From assembly GCA_963674745.2 (NCBI GenBank), contig CAXXDV010000003.1:2240001-2304000 (forward strand): a stretch of 64,000 nt of DNA, read 5' to 3'. The translations under genes and the position numbers were made by a program. The stretch is from Desulfosudaceae bacterium (GTDB lineage: Bacteria; Desulfobacterota; Desulfobacteria; Desulfobacterales; Desulfosudaceae). The notes under the pieces are model-generated. The model did no database searches. It was not told the DNA's origin and worked only from the letters and a program-made list of their open reading frames with translations. Below are positions 18,094 through 25,663 of this stretch, piece after piece. Each line of letters starts with the position of its first letter. Position 1 is the first letter of the stretch.

Positions 18094-19764
18094 ATGAGAT
18101 TACTGCTGTTTTCTTTACTGCTTGTCACATCACCGGGCATTTTATTCGCAAACCAGGCAAAAACCACGATAGAAGAAAGGATGGTTCCTCTAGGTCATGG
18201 CATCAGCGGAGAAGAGATATATGTCAACTCACTTGAAATAAGCCCCGATTTTAAACATATCGGCTATGTTTCCAGAATTGGTGGGACATTCCGGGTGTGG
18301 CTGGACGGAGTGTCCAAGAAAAGCCACAGTGGTGTTACCAGGCAGTCTCCGTTCTTCTCTCCCGAACAGAACCGGCTGGCATATATTGCCAATGAAGGGG
18401 ACAACATGTTTGTTGTCATTGATAACCACGAACATGACCGATATAAACAAGTCGGAACCCTGACGTTCAGCCCTGACGGTTCTCGAGTCGCGTATCGGGC
18501 CGAAGATGCCAAGGGAAGTCAGTTTGTCGTTATTAACGGTAAAGAGGGGCCGAAATTCGATGTGGGAATTACTAATGATATCGGCATTGTCTTCAGCCCT
18601 GATTCAAAGCATGTGGCTTATGTCGGTATCAACGACAAGGACTCCGTTATATTTGTTAAAGACAACAAAAAAATAGACAGTTTTAAACAAATCAAGCAGG
18701 TCAAATTTTCCCCTGACTCAAATCACCTTGCCTATTCTGCCATGAAAGACGATGGATGGGTCGTTGTCCTGGATAATAAATCTGGCCAAACGTATATAAT
18801 GGTCGACAACCTGATGTTTTCTCCTGACAGCACTCAGCTGGTTTATATGGCTCAAAAAAGCCGCCGCTCGATTATCGTAATAAACAACAAAGAAATCAGT
18901 GAGGGAATCGGTGTGCTTTTCCCCTCCTTTTCGCCCCATAAGGGACGGTTTGCGTACATCATTGCTGAAAAGAATAATAAATTTTGCTATGTCCTGGATG
19001 GGGAAAAAGAACTTTTAGTGGATAAACCCGGCCGGATGATTTTCAGCCATGATGATACCAGCGCGGCCTATGCCGCTTTGATAAAGGACAAGTGGCATGT
19101 TTTAAAAGACGGTGTTAAGGGCCCGGCTTTTAAAAAGATCTACGCTTTTTCCTATTCCCCTGCCAGCAATGATATTCTGTACGCCGCTGAAAATGAAGCG
19201 GGTCAAAAATGTGTTGTAGTCAACCACATTCCGGAAAAATTTTATAACTCAATTGGCGCACCCGTATACAGCAAAAATGGTCAAAAATATGCATACGTGG
19301 CCACGAACAACGACGGGAAGATGTTCATAATCATCAATGGACAGGAGCAAAAAACGACATATCCCATAATCGGGATTCCCGTGGAAGAAGTCAATGAGTC
19401 GGGGGTCAGCGCCCAGCATCCGTATTTCAGTGACACCGGCAAACGGCTGGCTTTTCCGGTTTACGATCCTGACCAAAAGAAAGCCTTCATGGTGGTTGAC
19501 GGAAAAAACCAGCAAACCTTTGACGCGGTTATGGCGCCCTGCTTTTCTCCCGATGAAAAACACATCGCCTATATGGGCAAAAAAGGAAACAGCTGGCACA
19601 TGGTCGTGAATGGGAAACCCGGCCGCCATACCTGCGACGGAATGATTCGCGGTGCAACCATCGCATTTGATCCCGCTAATAACTGCTTTTTTATACTGGT
19701 TGCCAGCAACACTGAATCAGGCCTTTCTTTTTACCGCATGGAGGCTGAGATCAAAAGCCCTTAA
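18094..19764 (+). CDS. Secreted beta-propeller repeat protein (TolB/PD40-like)
   Basis: About 10 repeats of FSPD...AY.A......VV.DG; signal peptide after GAGG RBS. Confidence 0.75.
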   Translation: MRLLLFSLLLVTSPGILFANQAKTTIEERMVPLGHGISGEEIYVNSLEISPDFKHIGYVSRIGGTFRVWLDGVSKKSHSGVTRQSPFFSPEQNRLAYIANEGDNMFVVIDNHEHDRYKQVGTLTFSPDGSRVAYRAEDAKGSQFVVINGKEGPKFDVGITNDIGIVFSPDSKHVAYVGINDKDSVIFVKDNKKIDSFKQIKQVKFSPDSNHLAYSAMKDDGWVVVLDNKSGQTYIMVDNLMFSPDSTQLVYMAQKSRRSIIVINNKEISEGIGVLFPSFSPHKGRFAYIIAEKNNKFCYVLDGEKELLVDKPGRMIFSHDDTSAAYAALIKDKWHVLKDGVKGPAFKKIYAFSYSPASNDILYAAENEAGQKCVVVNHIPEKFYNSIGAPVYSKNGQKYAYVATNNDGKMFIIINGQEQKTTYPIIGIPVEEVNESGVSAQHPYFSDTGKRLAFPVYDPDQKKAFMVVDGKNQQTFDAVMAPCFSPDEKHIAYMGKKGNSWHMVVNGKPGRHTCDGMIRGATIAFDPANNCFFILVASNTESGLSFYRMEAEIKSP

Positions 19765-19790
19765 CCCGGATATTTCTTGCGGCCAGATTA

Positions 19791-20570
19791 TCAATCCTTC
19801 AATTGCCGGCTGATTTCAGCGGCCACCTTTTCACCGGACAGCAGCATACCACCGAAAATCGGTCCCATACGGGGACCGCCAAAGGTGGCGTTGCCGGCCA
19901 TTCCGGTTACATAAAGGCCGGGATAGACCTCCCGCGTGTTCTCCAGGGTCAATGATTCAGCCCGTTCCGACCACATGGATTTTTCACCTTCTATGCCGCC
20001 GCTGGCGGTATTCAATGTTCCGGGGGTTTTCTCGGATACCACCCGGACCACTTCAGTAGCATGGCCGGTGGCGTCAATCACAAAACCGGACCTGATGGCC
20101 AATGGATCGATGTGTAACCCGGCCATCTCGACCGGAGACCAGTTAAGCACCAGGCCGGTCACCCGTCCCGGCCGGATGAGCACGTCCTCCACGCTGACGC
20201 AGTTAAAAACCGTCAGACCCGCTTTAACCGCCCGGCTGGTCAGGGTCGAAACAGCTTCCACGGCATCAGTGGTGTAATAATCATCCTGATATTGACGATA
20301 ACCGACACCTGTTTCATCCAGGATGTGCAGCGCGCTCTTTTGTACCACGATTTCGTTGAACATCATGCCGCCGCCCCACATGCCGCCGCCGATACTTAAT
20401 TTACGTTCATACATAGCCACCTTGTGACCGGCCCTGGCCAGATAAAAACCGGCCACCAGTCCGGACGGTCCACCGCCGACAATGGCCACGTCTATCTCCA
20501 GATTGGCTGTCAATTTTTCATAATACCGGTCGATAATTGCCCGGGTGATGATGACTTCATTGAGTTCCAT
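19791..20570 (-). CDS. thi4: Sulfide-dependent adenosine diphosphate thiazole synthase (Thi4)
   Basis: [45 protein letters not shown]. Confidence 0.95.
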   Translation of the reverse strand: MELNEVIITRAIIDRYYEKLTANLEIDVAIVGGGPSGLVAGFYLARAGHKVAMYERKLSIGGGMWGGGMMFNEIVVQKSALHILDETGVGYRQYQDDYYTTDAVEAVSTLTSRAVKAGLTVFNCVSVEDVLIRPGRVTGLVLNWSPVEMAGLHIDPLAIRSGFVIDATGHATEVVRVVSEKTPGTLNTASGGIEGEKSMWSERAESLTLENTREVYPGLYVTGMAGNATFGGPRMGPIFGGMLLSGEKVAAEISRQLKD

Positions 20571-20573
20571 GTA

Positions 20574-21863
20574 TTATTTTCCTTTTATCTCCGAAATCGT
20601 GTTATGCAGCTTAACCGCGCACAGATCGCCGCACATGGTGCATATCTCTTTTTCTCCGGCTTCGCTCTCCTCACGGCGCTTTCCGGGTAAAACCGGATCC
20701 AGAGCAAGGCGGTACATGCCTTTCCAGTCCAGTGCTTTCCGACATGCCGACATCTCAATATCCCGTTCTATTGCGCCCGGCACGCCTTTGGCAATATCAC
20801 CGGAATGAGCGGCAATCCTTGCCGCAATCACGCCCATACGGACGTCTTCCATGTCCGGCAGGCACAAGTGTTCGGCCGGGGTGACATAACAAAGAAAGTC
20901 CGCCCCGGCAGCGGCCGCCACCGCTCCTCCGATGGCGGCGGTAATATGATCATATCCCGGGGCGCAATCCGTGGTCAACGGGCCGAGCACATAAAACGGC
21001 GCGCCATCACAAAGCTCTTTTTCGAGCTGCATGTTGGCTGCAATCTGGTTCAGGGGAACATGTCCCGGCCCCTCGATCATCACCTGAACCCCGGCCGCTC
21101 TGGCGCGCCGCGCCAGTCCGCCCAGGACCACCAGCTCTTCGATCTGGGCAGCATCCGTGGCATCGGCTATGGCACCGGGGCGCAGCCCGTCGCCCAGGCT
21201 CAACGTCACATCATATTTGAAAGCAATGGCCAGTAAACGTTCAAAATCCGCATACAGGGGGTTCTCCTGCTGATTATGGTGCATCCACGAAGCCAGAAGC
21301 GCGCCGCCCCGGCTGACAATACCGGCCACCCGATCGCCTTCTCTGGCCAGACGACTCGCCTTCTGGGTCACGCCGCAATGAACGGTAATATAATCTATCC
21401 CCTGTTGACACTGCTCTTCGATAACTTCGAATAACCTGTCCGGCACCATTTCATAAAAAGCCCGTGCCTGGCAACTCATCTCGGACGCCACCGCGTAAAT
21501 GGGGACCGCCCCTACCATGACCGGTGAATTTTCCAGAACGAGCTTCCTGACGGCTTGCAGGTCGCCTCCGGTGGACAAATCCATCACACTGTCGGCCCCG
21601 GCGTTAACGGCTATTTTCAATTTTTTAAGTTCTTCAGCCGTATCAAAATGCTCCGGAGAAGTGCCGATATTGGCATTGACTTTCGTCCTCAGGCCGTTAC
21701 CGATTCCCATGGCCGGAAAATCCCGGTTAATATTCTTCGGGATAACAATCCTGCCGGAAGCGACCCCTTCCCTGATCATTTCAGGCGAACGGTTTTCACT
21801 TGCCGCGACAAGCTTCATCTCGTCCGTTACAACGCCCTGTCTGGCCTGGCTTAACTGTGTCAT
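20574..21863 (-). CDS. thiC: Phosphomethylpyrimidine synthase ThiC (short form)
   Basis: [52 protein letters not shown]; adjacent to thi4 with a TPP riboswitch upstream. Confidence 0.93.
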   Translation of the reverse strand: MTQLSQARQGVVTDEMKLVAASENRSPEMIREGVASGRIVIPKNINRDFPAMGIGNGLRTKVNANIGTSPEHFDTAEELKKLKIAVNAGADSVMDLSTGGDLQAVRKLVLENSPVMVGAVPIYAVASEMSCQARAFYEMVPDRLFEVIEEQCQQGIDYITVHCGVTQKASRLAREGDRVAGIVSRGGALLASWMHHNQQENPLYADFERLLAIAFKYDVTLSLGDGLRPGAIADATDAAQIEELVVLGGLARRARAAGVQVMIEGPGHVPLNQIAANMQLEKELCDGAPFYVLGPLTTDCAPGYDHITAAIGGAVAAAAGADFLCYVTPAEHLCLPDMEDVRMGVIAARIAAHSGDIAKGVPGAIERDIEMSACRKALDWKGMYRLALDPVLPGKRREESEAGEKEICTMCGDLCAVKLHNTISEIKGK

Positions 21864-22002
21864 AATACAGCCTCCTTTTTATAGCCCCGGTGATTCAAAA
21901 GCTCAAAATTGTTTTCCAACTGTTCTTTTTTTAAAAGCCCGCCGGTAACTGCTGCTTTCTCAAGAACGATTATTCCACAACCCTGGTTTATCGTCGGCAG
22001 AT

Positions 22003-22030
22003 CTGGATTCTGACGTTCGCCAGAATGACG
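22003..22030. repeat. REP-like palindrome (TGGAT...ATGAC family); a relative lies at 56961-56990
   Basis: CTGGATTCTGACGTTCGCCAGAATGACG hairpin; 56961 CTGGATGCCGGATCGGAGTCCGGCATGACG. Confidence 0.55.
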
Positions 22031-22070
22031 AATATGGAGATAATGTTTCATACCAGAAATTGCGAGTTCC

Positions 22071-22130
22071 ATCACTTAATCACCTAAACACATAATCACA
22101 TAATCACTAAGCATTAACCACCAGATCACA
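22071..22130. repeat. Octamer tandem array (TAA[CTA]CAC[ACT])n
   Basis: atcact taatcacc taaacaca taatcaca taatcact; continues beyond the IS at 23768-23783. Confidence 0.8.
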
Positions 22131-22284
22131 CGCCAAGGCTGAAGCGAATTGTCACCTTAACACCTAAAACATTAACACCCTGATATGATTGACAGTTGTC
22201 AAATGGAAAATAGTTCTCCTGCCAGTTTTTAATCTGGTCTCCTTGCATTTATGAAATTCCAGGGTACCCGGAGGGGCGGAACCT

Positions 22285-22420
22285 TTAATGCGACGGTTGT
22301 TCACTCTGATATACGCGGGTTGGATACCGCATGACTTTTCTTCGTCGCGGAGCTGCCTCTGTCTAAAATCTGGAGTTAGGCCGAAAGGCTTATCCTATAG
22401 GGTGTCCGAGGGTTCTCCTT
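22285..22420 (-). ncRNA. Candidate bridge RNA/seekRNA core (two internal-loop hairpins); transcript ends uncertain
   Basis: Stems GCGACG/CGTCGC and GGAG..CCTC/GAGG..CTCC enclose loops that match the reconstructed target and the junction sequences. Confidence 0.7.
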
Positions 22421-22521
22421 TCCGTGGCTGCGCCCCCGCGGCTGCCCTGGAATATGATGTTGTAAATGGTCTATCGAACCTCCTGTTGATCATGTTTTTG
22501 TATTTTGCCTTTTGATTGGCT

Positions 22522-23637
22522 CTAATTTGTCAAAGATGCTTCGGATTCAATGGCGATTGCCCAGATAAAACCGCAAAGTTCCCGGGCGATAGCGGTTATA
22601 ATGACCTGCTTGGTTTTTCCTTTGGCCCAAAAATGCCGGTAGCGTCCACAGAGTCTTAATTGTGCTTTCCAGGAAATATCACGGATGCTTTGCGGTAATC
22701 CTTCCTGTTTCTTCAGTAATGCTCGAGTAACCCGTGCTCTGTGCCGGTACGACCAGGCCGCTTCAACCAGTATGCGGCGCACATGCGAATTACCGGTTTT
22801 GGTGATCGGGCCGCGCTTGATATTTTCGCCGGTGGAATATTCTGATGGCACCAGGCCAAGATAGCTCATCAGTTGATCCGGGTGGTCAAAACGATTAAAA
22901 CTTCCGATCTCCACGGTGATTATAGCGGCAGCGAGTAACGAGATGCCGCGCAGGCTCTGGAGCGCTTGAACGACAGGAAACATCCGCCATTGCGGTATGA
23001 GCTGATGTATCTGCTCGGTGAGCCGCTGAACACGCAGGCTGCAATGATCCAGATGGTCGACATATTCTTGCAGGACAATTTGCTGGGACTCATGGGGCAT
23101 TTTGATATCGGCAATCCAGCGCCGATGAGCCTGGGTCCACGGCGTACGTCCGGTATACGTAAAACCGCTACGCAGCAGAAAAGCCGACAATCGCTGCTTG
23201 CAACGTTTTTCATCCTGCTTGATATCACTACGCGCTCTGACCAGGTCTCGCAAGGCCTCGTCTTCGGCAAGGGGAACATGAACGGAAGTCAAGTCGCCGG
23301 ATCGATGCAAACGCGCCAGCATAAGAGAATCGCGCCGGTCATTTTTAATCCGGTTCCCGCTCTGCTTGGGAATCAGCGAAGGCGCTACCACCTTACAGTC
23401 AAAACCCTTGGCAGTAAGATGACGATAGATCTGATAACCGCAGGGACCGGCCTCATACACAAAATGCAGATCGGCATTTTTACTGACCATCTTACGTGTC
23501 ACCTTGTCCAGTGCCGCCAATGTTCCATCGATTTGACCATAGTGTACAACTTCACCATTACACCCGCCTTGGGCGATGGAAATATCAATACTTTTTTTGT
23601 GGACATCCATACCGATAAATATGCTATTCTTCTTCAT
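22522..23637 (-). CDS. IS110-family DEDD transposase/recombinase
   Basis: IGMDVHK, YEAGPCG, KNDRRDS (DEDD); LGLVPSEYSTG catalytic Ser; GPITKTGN..VRRILVEAAW. Confidence 0.97.
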   Translation of the reverse strand: MKKNSIFIGMDVHKKSIDISIAQGGCNGEVVHYGQIDGTLAALDKVTRKMVSKNADLHFVYEAGPCGYQIYRHLTAKGFDCKVVAPSLIPKQSGNRIKNDRRDSLMLARLHRSGDLTSVHVPLAEDEALRDLVRARSDIKQDEKRCKQRLSAFLLRSGFTYTGRTPWTQAHRRWIADIKMPHESQQIVLQEYVDHLDHCSLRVQRLTEQIHQLIPQWRMFPVVQALQSLRGISLLAAAIITVEIGSFNRFDHPDQLMSYLGLVPSEYSTGENIKRGPITKTGNSHVRRILVEAAWSYRHRARVTRALLKKQEGLPQSIRDISWKAQLRLCGRYRHFWAKGKTKQVIITAIARELCGFIWAIAIESEASLTN

Positions 23638-23787
23638 GACCTGCCTCCTTGGTATTGGCTCTGTGCCAGGTTAATGTAGGTTGACCTTTAGCATAACCCA
23701 CGTTTGCAAGGATGGCAGGTCATTTCCTTCTATTTTAACTGTCAATCATTATGTCTAAAACGTTATTTAACCACTTAACCACATTCG

Positions 23788-23826
23788 AAAAAAAAAGGCT
23801 GGTCCCGCAACAGGAACCAGCCTTTT
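23788..23826 (-). terminator. Intrinsic terminator of the TPP riboswitch expression platform
   Basis: Minus strand GGCTGGTTCC-TGTTGCG-GGACCAGCC followed by a T9 tract. Confidence 0.85.
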
Positions 23827-23844
23827 AAAATACATCAAAATCAC

Positions 23845-23922
23845 TGACTGTTCCCTTCGCTGGCATTATCCAGATCAGGTTCAAAGGGTATAATCTCAGG
23901 CAAATCTGCCACCCCCGGTCAG
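23845..23922 (-). ncRNA. TPP (THI-box) riboswitch aptamer
   Basis: Minus strand CTGACCGGGGGTG...CTGAGATTATACCCTTTGAACCTGATCTGGATAATGCCAGCGAAGGGAACAGTCAG matches THI-box hallmarks; points toward thiC-thi4. Confidence 0.95.
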
Positions 23923-23950
23923 AACAAGAAGCATGAGCGCTTGTTCGTTT

Positions 23951-24027
23951 TGGTGGGCCGTGAAGGAATCGAACCTTCAACCTACTGATTAAGAGTCAGG
24001 TGCTCTGCCTAGTTGAGCTAACGGCCC
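23951..24027 (-). tRNA. tRNA-Lys (anticodon CTT), encoded CCA
   Basis: GGGCCGTTAGCTCAACTAGGCAGAGCACCTGACTCTTAATCAGTAGGTTGAAGGTTCGATTCCTTCACGGCCCACCA cloverleaf. Confidence 0.97.
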
Positions 24028-24068
24028 ATCGGCACGCGGCCATTACCATGGCCGCCAATTACGGTGTC

Positions 24069-24097
24069 ACTATAATAATCGTTAAAATGCAAGTCAA
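24069..24097 (-). promoter_or_regulatory. Sigma-70 promoter for tRNA-Lys (and probably the riboswitch leader)
   Basis: TTGACT-17nt-TATAGT on the minus strand. Confidence 0.7.
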
Positions 24098-24143
24098 GGA
24101 GAAAATGGGCCTGTTTTTCACTCTGAATTTCCAACCTTAAGCA

Positions 24144-24172
24144 TTGACGATATTCTTTGGCTGCGTTATATT
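24144..24172 (+). promoter_or_regulatory. Sigma-70 promoter for the AmmeMemoRadiSam cluster
   Basis: TTGACG-17nt-TATATT. Confidence 0.6.
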
Positions 24173-24205
24173 ATCAACCATTAATCCAATAATATCCACA
24201 GCTAT

Positions 24206-25663
24206 ATGATGAAATCATTTTTAAAAACCACCTTCTTTGTGTTGATCGTTCTCATTGCGGCAACCGGCCCGATGATTGCGGAAACCCGTGATCCGGCGGT
24301 GGCCGGCATGTTTTATCCCGGGGATGAGGCCACACTCAGGCAGATCATTTCCGACCTGACCGAAAAGGCCGCAAAATCCCGGCTCACATTCCCGGCTGAC
24401 CAACCGCTCCGTGCTTTAATCATGCCCCACGCCGGGTATTCCTACTCCGGGTATACCGCGGCCCATGCCGCCCCCCTGCTTGAGAAAAAACGATTTAATA
24501 AGATCATCATCATGGGGCCGGATCACCGGGTCGGATTTAACGGTTGTGCCATCAGTAACGTAACGGCTTATCAGACGCCCCTGGGCAAGATCGCTCTTCA
24601 CCCGGACAGTCAGGCGCTGCGGAAGAATAAAGAACTGTTTATTACCCCGCCGCCGGTTTCAGAGACAAAAGAACATGCCATTGAGGTTATTCTCCCGTTT
24701 CTACAGGCATGGCTCCCCCCATTCGAACTGATTCCGATAATCGTCGGCAACGCCCCGGTAGATGCCATCAGCCGTGCGATTTCGCCCGTTTTGGATGATA
24801 AGACCCTGCTCATCGCCAGCAGTGATCTGTCCCATTATCTGCCGTATTCCCAGGCTGTGGCACGCGACCGGGAAACCATAGAATGGATTTTAAACCTTCA
24901 GCCGGACAACCTGATCAGGAGCCGCAACCGGGCCTGTGGAAAAATACCGATTGCGGTTGTGATTAATCTGGCGAAGACCTATAATTGGCAACCGAAATTA
25001 ATACATTGCTCAAACAGTGGCGACACCTCGGGACAACGGGACCGTGTCGTCGGATACTCAGTCATCGCATTTTACGGAGGGCAGTTCATGGCCAAAAAGA
25101 TTACCAAAAAGCAGGGCGGCGCACTGGTTCAACTGGCCCGCAAAACCATTTTTGAACGGCTTGGCCTTAAAGCGGAAAGCCCGGAGCTCAACCTGGAAAA
25201 AGAACCCGCGCTTCAGGAAAACGCCGGTACGTTTGTGACGCTGACGATTGACGGTATGCTCAGGGGATGCATCGGAAGCCTGACGGCTGACGAGCCCATC
25301 GTTTCCAGCATCAAACGCAATGCGGTCAACGCCGCTTTCCAGGACCCCCGGTTTCCCCCGCTGACACCGGAAGAGGCCGAGCAGGTAGCCGTGGAAGTCA
25401 GTATTCTGACCCAACCCGAACCGCTTGGCTATAAAAACCCCAAGGACCTGCTGGCCCAACTGAACCCCAATGTTGACGGTGTCATTATCCAGAAAGGTCT
25501 GGCCAGGGCGACATTCCTGCCCCAGGTATGGGAGCAGCTTCCGGAGAAGGAGGCTTTTCTGGAACACCTGTGTACCAAAGCCGGATTACCTCCGAACGCA
25601 TGGGAGCACCAGGATCTGAAAGTCTTTACCTATCAGGTTCAGAAATTTGAGAACAAAAAATGA
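24206..25663 (+). CDS. amrB: AmmeMemoRadiSam protein B (MEMO1) fused to protein A (AMMECR1), with N-terminal signal peptide
   Basis: RDPAVAGMFYP, PHAGYSYSG, EHAIEV, ASSDLSHY, NSGD..VVGY; then GTFVTL...LRGCIG, DPRF, ATFLPQVW, LCTKAG. Confidence 0.9.
   Translation: MMKSFLKTTFFVLIVLIAATGPMIAETRDPAVAGMFYPGDEATLRQIISDLTEKAAKSRLTFPADQPLRALIMPHAGYSYSGYTAAHAAPLLEKKRFNKIIIMGPDHRVGFNGCAISNVTAYQTPLGKIALHPDSQALRKNKELFITPPPVSETKEHAIEVILPFLQAWLPPFELIPIIVGNAPVDAISRAISPVLDDKTLLIASSDLSHYLPYSQAVARDRETIEWILNLQPDNLIRSRNRACGKIPIAVVINLAKTYNWQPKLIHCSNSGDTSGQRDRVVGYSVIAFYGGQFMAKKITKKQGGALVQLARKTIFERLGLKAESPELNLEKEPALQENAGTFVTLTIDGMLRGCIGSLTADEPIVSSIKRNAVNAAFQDPRFPPLTPEEAEQVAVEVSILTQPEPLGYKNPKDLLAQLNPNVDGVIIQKGLARATFLPQVWEQLPEKEAFLEHLCTKAGLPPNAWEHQDLKVFTYQVQKFENKK

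Larger units (their letters stand above)
22180..23756 (-). mobile_element. IS110-family (IS1111-like) insertion sequence, ~1.58 kb
   Basis: Perfect 13-bp sub-terminal IR: ATGATTGACAGTT (22185-97) and AACTGTCAATCAT (23737-49); CT core at 22180-81 and 23755-56; transposase; long non-coding region 3' of tnp. Confidence 0.9.

Noticed and set aside
20574..21863. bzaA/bzaB/bzaF (benzimidazole synthesis) rather than thiC
   Set aside because: Context is thi4 plus a TPP riboswitch, not a cobalamin riboswitch
21860..22075. 71-aa ORF upstream of thiC
   Set aside because: Partly a translated REP-like palindrome (RHSGERQNP) that starts in an octamer array; no recognisable family
22165..22202. Hybrid IS-flank promoter driving thiC from the outward TTGACA
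   Set aside because: No -10 hexamer at 16-18 nt spacing in the inserted state
23951..24027. tRNA as an att site of a genomic island covering the filament locus
   Set aside because: No integrase, and no duplicated tRNA 3' end seen in the window
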